From assembly GCA_038279365.1 (NCBI GenBank), contig JAYODI010000122.1, forward strand, positions 1 through 12,409: a stretch of 12,409 nt of DNA. Direction: 5' to 3'. The stretch comes from Candidatus Latescibacterota bacterium (GTDB lineage Bacteria > Latescibacterota > UBA2968). Every line of letters begins with the position of its first letter. Position 1 is the stretch's first letter. The notes below the pieces were generated by a model. That model did no database searches, was not told where the DNA came from, and was given only the letters and a program-made list of their open reading frames with translations. Shown here in pieces: positions 1-7,475 of the stretch. The position numbers were made by a program, and so were the translations under genes.

Positions 1-1
1 T

Positions 2-58
2 CGCTGGGAACTTGCCGAACAGATCTACCAAACAGAAAAAGTTTGCATCTCAAAATGA
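2..58 (+). CDS. Probable 3' end of an upstream gene (partial; RWELAEQIYQTEKVCISK*)
   Basis: Frame is open from the window edge to TGA at 56-58 and ends just before the RBS of the next gene. Too short to assign a function. Confidence 0.35.
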   Translation, partial: RWELAEQIYQTEKVCISK

Positions 59-95
59 CTTTCTAAAAGTCATTTTTAAATTTCAAGGAATCTCC

Positions 96-665
96 ATGCG
101 CAAGAAAATAGTCGTTCAAGACTATGATGCCACATGGCCAAAAACATTTGAGCAATTGTATGTCACCATTTGGCCCGTTATATCAGATATTGCCACCACC
201 ATCGAACATGTGGGCAGTACATCTGTTCCAGGTTTATCTGCCAAACCCATTATCGACATGACCATCGTTATTCCATCTGCATCTCAAATGCCCACCCTCA
301 TCCAACGCCTTGCCACAATTCATTATACCCACAATGGTGATCAAGGCGTGCCAGGTCGTGAAGCGTTTCGCCGCCCGCCAGAAACACCTGCCCACAATCT
401 TTATGCCTGTGCCAAAGGCAACCTCAACCTGCGTAACCATCTTGCCATACGCGACTATTTAAGACAACATCCCAAAGATGTTCAAGCCTACGGAAACCTC
501 AAAAAGCAACTGGCTGAAAAATTTCCACACGATATTGATGCTTATGTAGATGGCAAAACAGAACTCCTTCTTGATATTCTTGCAAAAGCGGGTTTCACCC
601 AAGAAGAACTTCAAGAGATTCAAGGCATCAACACAATGCCACCCGTTCAAAAGCAAAACAAATAA
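96..665 (+). CDS. GrpB / UPF0157 family protein (nucleotidyltransferase-like fold)
   Basis: Motifs IVVQDYDATWP, IEHVGSTSVPGLSAKPIID, RDYLRQHP, YGNLKKQLA and YVDGK. ATG at 96 follows AAGGA (85-89) and is preferred over TTG at 12. Confidence 0.9.
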   Translation: MRKKIVVQDYDATWPKTFEQLYVTIWPVISDIATTIEHVGSTSVPGLSAKPIIDMTIVIPSASQMPTLIQRLATIHYTHNGDQGVPGREAFRRPPETPAHNLYACAKGNLNLRNHLAIRDYLRQHPKDVQAYGNLKKQLAEKFPHDIDAYVDGKTELLLDILAKAGFTQEELQEIQGINTMPPVQKQNK

Positions 666-680
666 CCCGAAGGAACAAAC

Positions 681-1628
681 ATGCAAAACAAAATCAAAAC
701 CTGCATCTTCACCTTATTTTTAAGCCTTGTTATCATATCCACAAGCCAAGGCGCAGATAGCAAGCACATCCGACTTCTCACCATTGGCAACAGCTTTTCT
801 AACAATGCCACGCATTATTTGCCCGATATTGTCGATGCCGATCCCACATGCCAACTCACCCTTCAAAAAGCCAGCATTGGCGGGTGCCCACTTGATAAAC
901 ATGTGCGTTTGTTTAAAGAGGCCGAAAAAGACACCTCACAAAAACACTATTGGTACACCACACCAGAAGGCAGAAAACACTACAACCTTAAAGAAATGCT
1001 TCAAGCACAACCTTATGACATTGTCACCATTCAGCAACTCAGCATCAAAAGCCCCGATATCGAAACCTATTATCCTTATGCTCCAGAGCTTTACAATTAC
1101 GTCAAAAAAAATGCCCCACAAGCCAAAGTGTGGGTTCACCAAACGTGGTCTTATCGCATCGACCATCCCCTCTTTCAAAAACCTGACAACAGCCAACAAA
1201 TTATGTATGATCGCCTTACCAAGAACTATCGCCAAATAGCCAAAGAACTCGGTTGCACCATTTTGCCTTCGGGTGCCGCCATGCAATTGGCGCGCGAAAA
1301 ACAATCTCCAAAATTCATTTTTCCCGATCCTCAGTTTGATTATAAAAACCCGACACATCCAAACTTGCCCAATCAAACAGGCTCACTTATTCGCGGACAT
1401 TATTGGGGCAAAAACAAAGACACCGAACAAATGGAATTTAAGGCCGATCTTACACACGCCAATGTGCGCGGTGAATTTCTTCAAGCACTTGTCTGGTATG
1501 AACTGCTCTTTGATAAAGACGCGCGAAAAAACACCTTCAAACCTCAAGACATCACTGATGAAGACGCCAAATTTTTGCGCACCATTGCCCACGAAACGGT
1601 TCAAACCTTTGCTCAAGAAGTTCAATAA
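681..1628 (+). CDS. Secreted SGNH/GDSL-like hydrolase (DUF4886-type)
   Basis: N-terminal signal peptide (KIKTCIFTLFLSLVIISTSQG-A). Motifs LLTIGNSFS, IGGCPL, DIVTIQQ, HQTWSY and a C-terminal DxxHAN. AAGGA RBS lies upstream. Confidence 0.8.
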   Translation: MQNKIKTCIFTLFLSLVIISTSQGADSKHIRLLTIGNSFSNNATHYLPDIVDADPTCQLTLQKASIGGCPLDKHVRLFKEAEKDTSQKHYWYTTPEGRKHYNLKEMLQAQPYDIVTIQQLSIKSPDIETYYPYAPELYNYVKKNAPQAKVWVHQTWSYRIDHPLFQKPDNSQQIMYDRLTKNYRQIAKELGCTILPSGAAMQLAREKQSPKFIFPDPQFDYKNPTHPNLPNQTGSLIRGHYWGKNKDTEQMEFKADLTHANVRGEFLQALVWYELLFDKDARKNTFKPQDITDEDAKFLRTIAHETVQTFAQEVQ

Positions 1629-1674
1629 GACATTTGTGATTCAACGGCGAGGGAACATTTATAACGGAGACACC

Positions 1675-2352
1675 ATGAAAATAATGGGCATTGGTGCACA
1701 TTATGACGATTGCATTTTTGGCATCCCTGGCATTTTGCTTCGCGCCGTTGATCGCGGCCATGATGTAACGGTACTTTCGGTTATTGGCAATTATGAAAAT
1801 TGGTCTCCCGTGGGGGCAGAACGACAAGAAGATATGATAACAGGCACAACACGCCTGTTCGAAGAAAAAGGCATCACACTCAAATTCCTCAAACATAAAT
1901 CCATGAACATTGAGGTCAATCAAACATCCAAAAAGGCCGTTGCCCAAGTGGTCGCCGAAGTAGAACCTGATATGGGGTTTCTCTTGTGGCCACACGACAG
2001 CCACCCCGATCACGAAGCCGTTTCAGAACTCAGTAAAATAGCATTCAATTGGGCAGGCACCGTTTTAGGCGAAAGCAGTCGTGTAAGACGTCCTAAGCGA
2101 CTTTATTATTATGACAATGGTCCTCGACATACCCTTGGCTTTGAACCCGATACATTTGTAGACATGGGTGAATACGCCACACCAGCCATCGATTGGTTGA
2201 CATCTGTCATGTCTTTTGTCGTTGGCCCTCAATCAAGTTTGGGCGTTGTAGAAGCCAAGAATGCTTTGGCTGCCTATCGGGGCAAAGCTTGTGGTGTATC
2301 CCATGCCGAAGCGGTAAAGAGTTTTCAAAACTATCCAGTCGATATCTTTTAA
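1675..2352 (+). CDS. PIG-L / LmbE family Zn-dependent N-deacetylase (BshB1-like)
   Basis: MKIMGIGAHYDD (variant of AHPDD), SHPDH second metal motif and C-terminal RG..CGVSHAEA. GGAGA RBS precedes ATG 1675. Confidence 0.88.
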   Translation: MKIMGIGAHYDDCIFGIPGILLRAVDRGHDVTVLSVIGNYENWSPVGAERQEDMITGTTRLFEEKGITLKFLKHKSMNIEVNQTSKKAVAQVVAEVEPDMGFLLWPHDSHPDHEAVSELSKIAFNWAGTVLGESSRVRRPKRLYYYDNGPRHTLGFEPDTFVDMGEYATPAIDWLTSVMSFVVGPQSSLGVVEAKNALAAYRGKACGVSHAEAVKSFQNYPVDIF

Positions 2353-2486
2353 GCATTGCTAAAAAATGATATCATTGTATGACGCATGCCACTATATTAT
2401 CAGATAAAATGTGACGACATCATCTTTCATGCGCCCATATATTTACTAAATGTTTGATTCTGCCAAATCAAGAGGATATCTCACCC

Positions 2487-3323
2487 ATGAAATCCATCAA
2501 CAGCTTACAAACAAAGCTTACTGCAAGCTTTGTCATCCTCATACTTGTTGTTGCCTCACTCACATTTCTCATCACATTCCGTTCCACAAAAACCGCACTC
2601 AAAGAACTCACCCAATCTGAGCTGTTGTCTTTGGCTGCTGTTATTGCAAGTCAGTTGGGCGGTGAAACTGCCGATGCAATGCAACAACTCAAAGCGGGTG
2701 ATGAAAGCACACCCGCATTTGCACGCATTCAGAAACAATTGCTTGCAATCCGAACCTCCCACCCAGGCATCCGATACATCTATACCATGAAAAAAGAAAA
2801 TGATCAGATCACCTTTCTTGTGGACCCTGATTTTGGCAATGAAAAAGACCCTGGTGGTGCCATTGGAGAAGTTTATGAAGGTTCAGAAGGGAACATTGAA
2901 ATAGGATTTAAAGAACCTGCCGTAGACGACGCATTTACAACGGATCGTTGGGGCACTTTTTTATCGGGTTATGCACCCATTACAAACTCACAAGGTACTG
3001 TTATTGGTATTGTGGGTGTAGACATGACCAAAACCTTGGTCATTGAAAAACAAAATTTTATTGGCAACACCATCTACATTGTTATGGCGGCAGGTATTGT
3101 CTTGGCTGGTTTGTTCATTCTGTTATTTTCTAAAACCATTATCAGAGATATTCACAAACTCAATGCGGCTGCAAACGCAATCAGCATGGGAGATACGGAT
3201 GTTCATGTAGATGTTGAAAGAAAAGACGAAATTGGAGAGCTAGCAGAATCATTTGGTCGTATGGTGGCCAGTCTCAAAATCATGATGATGACATTTCAAG
3301 ATGAGACACCGCATGAAGAGTAA
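2487..3323 (+). CDS. Membrane sensor: TM - extracytoplasmic Cache/PDC-like domain - TM - HAMP, with no output domain
   Basis: Two hydrophobic helices (FVILILVVASLTFLITF; IYIVMAAGIVLAGLFILLF). Cache-like YIYT...DRWGTFLSGYAPI...VIGIVGVD. HAMP motif IHKLNAAANAISMGD...RKDEIGELAESFGRMVASL, then a stop about 15 aa later. GAGGA RBS upstream. Confidence 0.85.
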   Translation: MKSINSLQTKLTASFVILILVVASLTFLITFRSTKTALKELTQSELLSLAAVIASQLGGETADAMQQLKAGDESTPAFARIQKQLLAIRTSHPGIRYIYTMKKENDQITFLVDPDFGNEKDPGGAIGEVYEGSEGNIEIGFKEPAVDDAFTTDRWGTFLSGYAPITNSQGTVIGIVGVDMTKTLVIEKQNFIGNTIYIVMAAGIVLAGLFILLFSKTIIRDIHKLNAAANAISMGDTDVHVDVERKDEIGELAESFGRMVASLKIMMMTFQDETPHEE

Positions 3324-3735
3324 AATTCTCATACTTGAAAAAAATGAGCACTACGCTGAAAGGCTACAAAAAATGCTGATCAGCATGCTCGACTACCAAG
3401 TCATTCATGTCACTTCCGAACTTGCTGTGGTGCGAGAATTAACCGCGAATTACGTTGATCTCATTGTTGTTGGTATTCATCAAGCACGTGCAAAAGAAGG
3501 TCTCCGGCTTATAGAAATTCTCCTTGTAGAAAAAAAAGTCGTTACCGTGGCTCCCATTATGGTTGTTTCTGATGTTCAAGACCCTGCCTACATTCAGCAA
3601 TGTGTTCAAGCAGGCATTTCTGATTATATGCTCTATCCCGAAGACCCTGTAGAAATTTTACCTCGGTTAAAAAATGTGCTTAACAAATCGGGTGGCATCA
3701 GCGAAATGCTCGTTCGTGTATCTACCACATTTTAA
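3313..3735 (+). CDS. Atypical (pseudo-)receiver / CheY-like domain protein, as currently terminated
   Basis: REC pattern KILILE...DLIVV...PIMVVS...AGISDYML.P. The start overlaps the sensor's stop (ATGAAGAGTAA). Canonical phospho-Asp and Lys are absent. Confidence 0.75.
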   Translation: MKSKILILEKNEHYAERLQKMLISMLDYQVIHVTSELAVVRELTANYVDLIVVGIHQARAKEGLRLIEILLVEKKVVTVAPIMVVSDVQDPAYIQQCVQAGISDYMLYPEDPVEILPRLKNVLNKSGGISEMLVRVSTTF

Positions 3736-3942
3736 GGCCCTGCCGCCAGAGTTTTTATTGAACAACAAGCCAAAAAGAAATTGAACATCTCCTCGCTCAA
3801 AGACCTGAAACGCGATCAACTGCCAGATTTTTTACGCCATCTTGCCGTTACCATACGTCCTATTCTCAAAGAAAAAGTAGCGGTTTTTGTTCGTCGCTTA
3901 GAACAAGCATTTGGTCTTAAAAGTGAACGTGAAAGTGATTGA
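3313..3942 (+). pseudogene. Probable full-length 209-aa pseudo-receiver plus helical C-terminal domain, interrupted by an in-frame TAA at 3733-3735
   Basis: After TTT-TAA the same frame stays open for 68 protein-like codons (GPAARVFIEQQAKKKLNISSLKDLKRDQLPDFLRHLAVTIRPILKEKVAVFVRRLEQAFGLKSERESD) to TGA 3940-3942. A single TTA->TAA change would explain the stop. Confidence 0.7.
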
Positions 3943-4080
3943 GAAAACATCAAATCAATTTGTTTCATCCATTCAACGCATTCAAATAAAATGCGCTACC
4001 GATACATACATTGATTATCTTAGAACCCCTTAAGGCACAATGCCTGTATGATGACAACACAAAGTTCAAAGGAGTTTTTT

Positions 4081-4869
4081 GTGAAACCCAACAGAATTCG
4101 AGAAAAATTGGATGCAGGAGAACCCACGATTGGTACACGCATCCATTCCAGCTGGCCTGCCATTGTTGAAGCCATTGGGCACACGGGGCTTTACGATTAT
4201 GTCGAATTTGTCGGTGAGTATGGCACTTTCGATCTTTATGACCTCGATAATATGTGTCGTGCTGCCGAATTATATGGCATGGGCATGATGTTTAAGATTG
4301 ACCGTGCCAATCAACATTATCTTGCACAACGGGCTTTGGGTTCTGGTTTTGGCAGCATCTTATTTACCGACTGTCGCACCGCCGAAGACGCCTTAGAATG
4401 TGTGCGCATCACCAAACCCGACACCCCCGAAGATGGTGGACGCTATAGCGTATATACCCGTCGTAACACCTACATGGGATATGGCGGTGGCATGGATTAT
4501 GTCGAAGCCATGCGCAAAACGGTTGTCAATCTTATGATCGAGAAAAAAGAAGCAGTCGAAAACTTAGAAGCCATTTTATCTACGCCTGGCGTAGACATGA
4601 TTCAGTGGGGGCCATCGGACTATTCTATGAGCGTTGGCAAAGCAGGTAAGCGCAATGATCCATCTGTTTTAGATGCCAAACGAGAAGTCTTCAAAACTGC
4701 ACTGGCCATGGGCGTACAACCCCGTGCAGAAATTTCTTCGCCCGATGAAGCCAAAGAATATTTGGACATGGGTGTGAAACATTTTAATATGGGCGTAGAC
4801 ATTTCCATCTTACATGGCTGGTGGAAAAGCAATGGCGAAGCACTCAAAAAGGCTGTTGAGTCTGCTTAG
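4081..4869 (+). CDS. HpcH/HpaI family class II pyruvate aldolase-like protein
   Basis: N-terminal N.IREKL..GEPTIG, MIEKKEAVENLEAIL (metal-binding Glu) and GVDMIQWGPSDYSMS (GPxD). GTG start follows AAGGAG (4069-4074). Confidence 0.88.
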   Translation: MKPNRIREKLDAGEPTIGTRIHSSWPAIVEAIGHTGLYDYVEFVGEYGTFDLYDLDNMCRAAELYGMGMMFKIDRANQHYLAQRALGSGFGSILFTDCRTAEDALECVRITKPDTPEDGGRYSVYTRRNTYMGYGGGMDYVEAMRKTVVNLMIEKKEAVENLEAILSTPGVDMIQWGPSDYSMSVGKAGKRNDPSVLDAKREVFKTALAMGVQPRAEISSPDEAKEYLDMGVKHFNMGVDISILHGWWKSNGEALKKAVESA

Positions 4870-4903
4870 CCACCTCTGGTAACAATGGGGCAACTGATAT
4901 ATC

Positions 4904-4947
4904 AATAAAAAGGTGTGCGACTCAGTTATTTCGCACACCTTTTTATT
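4904..4947. terminator. Intrinsic terminator, potentially bidirectional
   Basis: Perfect 17-bp inverted repeat AATAAAAAGGTGTGCGA / TCGCACACCTTTTTATT with a 10-nt loop and A/T tails, downstream of the aldolase. Confidence 0.85.
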
Positions 4948-4973
4948 CTAAAGGACATTCTCAATTTCTATTT

Positions 4974-6326
4974 TTGGGCAAAAACGTGACCTTATTTAAA
5001 CCCAACATTCTCTTTCTCTGTTCCGACCAACATCAGTCTAAGGCCATGGGCTGGGCAGGTCATGTCGATGTTCTAACACCTTATTTAGACCAATTGTCTG
5101 CATCCAGCATCTGTTTTGGCCAGGCCTATTGCCAATCGCCAGTATGCGTTCCTGCACGTGGTTCTATCATTACCGGTTTATATCCACACGCCCATGGTGC
5201 ACGCATCTTAAAAGATGCCTTGCCCGCCAGCGTCAAAACCATTGCCCATCACTTTTCTGAAAATGGTTATCAAACTGCGGCCATTGGCAAAATGCATTTT
5301 GTTGACGAAACCCAAACACACGGATTTGATTACCGTATTCACAGCGGTGACTTTCGCAAAACCTTATCGGATGCCGAATACCAAATCCTGTGCGAAGACC
5401 AAGGCGGTGCGGGTGATATTGATGGTCGTCCATCCAATTTATCAGCTCGCTTTTTTCAAGACAACTATTTTGCCGATCAAACCGTTCAATATCTCAAACA
5501 AGAACGCAACCCCAATCGCCCCTTTTGCTTGTGGTCATCTTTTGTGATGCCTCACACCCCGCTTGTGCCCATGCGCCAATACTTTGAACAATACAACCCC
5601 GCTACGCTCACCCTGCCCACAAGAACTTCCAACGCTTTGCAAACAGGCTTTGAAGGCCACCTCATTCGCGCCAAAGAACGCGGGTGGTATGCCCAAACCG
5701 ACTGCGAACTCCAACGTGCTCTGGCAGGCTATTATGGCAACATCACCCAAATGGATGCTTGTATTGGGCGTGTATTGGATGCCCTTGAAACAGAAGGCCT
5801 CTCCCAAAACACAATTGTCGTCTACACATCTGATCACGGCGAAATGGCAGGTGCCCACCGCATGTGGACCAAACACAACATGTATGAACAATCCGTAAAC
5901 GTTCCGCTCATGATGCGATTGCCGAATAACACATCTCATACGATTTATTCAGACCTCATTGAACACATCGACCTTTACCCCACGCTTTCTGACCTTTGCC
6001 AACTCCCACTGCCCCAAAACATCCACGGACAAAGCTTCGCCCCGCTTCTGCGCGGTGAACCCCATACTCCTCGGCCTCACGTTTATGCCGAGTACGACTT
6101 TTGTCATGGCGTATTTACCCGCGATGATCGCTACGTTGGCAAACCACCCATCCTCATGGTGCACACCAAACACTGGAAGCTCAACCTTCTTACCTGGGCC
6201 GAATCAGAACTTTTCGACCTCCAAAACGACCCCCACGAATTTGTCAATGTGATCCATGACCCTACCAATGCCCACATCGTTCAAGAACTAACGGCTATCG
6301 CCCAACAAACCTACCAACAACAATAA
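4974..6326 (+). CDS. Sulfatase, Cys-type FGly-dependent, choline-sulfatase-like (start uncertain: TTG 4974 or GTG 4986)
   Basis: KPNILFLCSDQH, signature CVPARGSIITG (CxPxR), AIGKMH, PHTP, YTSDHGEM and ELFDLQNDPHE. Confidence 0.92.
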   Translation: MGKNVTLFKPNILFLCSDQHQSKAMGWAGHVDVLTPYLDQLSASSICFGQAYCQSPVCVPARGSIITGLYPHAHGARILKDALPASVKTIAHHFSENGYQTAAIGKMHFVDETQTHGFDYRIHSGDFRKTLSDAEYQILCEDQGGAGDIDGRPSNLSARFFQDNYFADQTVQYLKQERNPNRPFCLWSSFVMPHTPLVPMRQYFEQYNPATLTLPTRTSNALQTGFEGHLIRAKERGWYAQTDCELQRALAGYYGNITQMDACIGRVLDALETEGLSQNTIVVYTSDHGEMAGAHRMWTKHNMYEQSVNVPLMMRLPNNTSHTIYSDLIEHIDLYPTLSDLCQLPLPQNIHGQSFAPLLRGEPHTPRPHVYAEYDFCHGVFTRDDRYVGKPPILMVHTKHWKLNLLTWAESELFDLQNDPHEFVNVIHDPTNAHIVQELTAIAQQTYQQQ

Positions 6327-6359
6327 AGGTGATTGGGTTTACCCAATCACCTTTATTGT
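6320..6359. terminator. Intrinsic terminator, potentially bidirectional
   Basis: 19-bp perfect inverted repeat ACAATAAAGGTGATTGGGT / ACCCAATCACCTTTATTGT overlapping the sulfatase stop codon, between convergent genes. Confidence 0.85.
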
Positions 6360-6385
6360 ATCACTAAAACCCATTAGGATTTTTC

Positions 6386-6560
6386 GCGCCATCCTGTTCA
6401 GCTATATGTTATAAAAACGCTGAACAGGATCGGCCATTTTACTTTGAGTGGCCACTGAGGATATTTGTGAAAACTCAGTTCTTCTGGCACTTGAAGAATG
6501 GCACTTTTTCTTCAAATGCTCAAATTACCCACATGTTCTTGTTGAGAAAAAATAAGGCGC
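6386..6560 (+). ncRNA. Candidate structured RNA or repeat element (series of abutting hairpins)
   Basis: Hairpins at 6391-6430, 6432-6453, 6454-6479, 6487-6519 and 6519-6546, possibly closed by GCGCC (6386-6390) / GGCGC (6556-6560). No family recognised. Confidence 0.35.
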
Positions 6561-6599
6561 CGCAGGCAACAAAGTAAAAATCAATTCAAAAAATTGAAT

Positions 6600-7445
6600 C
6601 TAAAACACCGGTGCTTCAAACACATCCTGAAACTTCCCATCGTCTTTCGCCCGCAAATATGCCAACTCATAAGGCGACTCCCGCAACCGCGTGGGCCCAT
6701 TGCGCACATCAATGCCCATATTTGCCGCCTCAGGATAATGGCTGTAAATCATCAATCGCCGAGGTTTGCCTGAAACATTTGCGCGTGAATTGTGCACCAA
6801 CACCGTATGAAACAACATCACCGACCCCGCAGGACACAACACATCTTGTCCTCCATCAAAATCGATCAACCCTTCCTTTACCTGCAAGCCTAAGGGCATT
6901 TTTTCGTGCTCCAAATGCACCTTATGCGACCCAGGCCAAACCCGTAAGGGACCCGAATCGGGCGTACAGGCATCCATACTGATGGCCGAAGAAATAATCG
7001 ATTGCGGATAATTTTGTGCCGCATAATATGCCCAATCATTGTGCACGGGAAATTGATCTTCCATCTCAGGTGATTCTACGTCTACGGCCTTAGGTAAGGG
7101 CTCTTTATAATTGAGCTTCTCCTCCATCAACACAGGTGTGTCTTTCATCAATTGTGCCAACGGATTTACCAACCGTTCATCAGCGGATACTTGTGTCAAA
7201 TACAAAGACAAATCATTGATGGGCTGAATTTTGCGAACCACTTGATATCCAGATGAAACTTTTCGAATATCCAAGCGGCGGCTCTTGCGTGCATTGCAAA
7301 TGGAAGAGTTAATGATTAGCTCCAAAATAAAATCTGCTTCTACCTGCATCTTTTTTACTTCACCAGCATCAAACACAGCAGGTAAAATCAAAAAACCATT
7401 TTCGTGAAATTGGTCAATCTGTTCCTGCGTTAATTCAAACCCCAT
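6600..7445 (-). CDS. Phytanoyl-CoA dioxygenase (PhyH) family Fe(II)/2-oxoglutarate dioxygenase
   Basis: LTQEQIDQFHENGFL, HxD motif (PVHND), GPLRVWPGSH, distal His (LVHNS) and 2OG-binding Arg (PRR). Confidence 0.92.
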   Translation of the reverse strand: MGFELTQEQIDQFHENGFLILPAVFDAGEVKKMQVEADFILELIINSSICNARKSRRLDIRKVSSGYQVVRKIQPINDLSLYLTQVSADERLVNPLAQLMKDTPVLMEEKLNYKEPLPKAVDVESPEMEDQFPVHNDWAYYAAQNYPQSIISSAISMDACTPDSGPLRVWPGSHKVHLEHEKMPLGLQVKEGLIDFDGGQDVLCPAGSVMLFHTVLVHNSRANVSGKPRRLMIYSHYPEAANMGIDVRNGPTRLRESPYELAYLRAKDDGKFQDVFEAPVF

Positions 7446-7475
7446 TGTATCCTCTTTGTTTTTTGTTTTGCAAAA

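Noticed and set aside
1273-1674. Long N-terminal extension of the PIG-L ORF overlapping the SGNH gene
   Set aside because: Family similarity begins at Met 1675, which has a GGAGA RBS. The upstream part is a shadow frame of the preceding gene.
3733-3735. TAA reassignment or alternative genetic code
   Set aside because: TAA terminates many intact genes here (e.g. at 665, 1628, 2352, 6326), and no other gene needs read-through.
6449-6460. GCCACTG, reminiscent of a cobalamin riboswitch
   Set aside because: Other conserved B12-element motifs are not seen, and no downstream co-directional gene exists to regulate.
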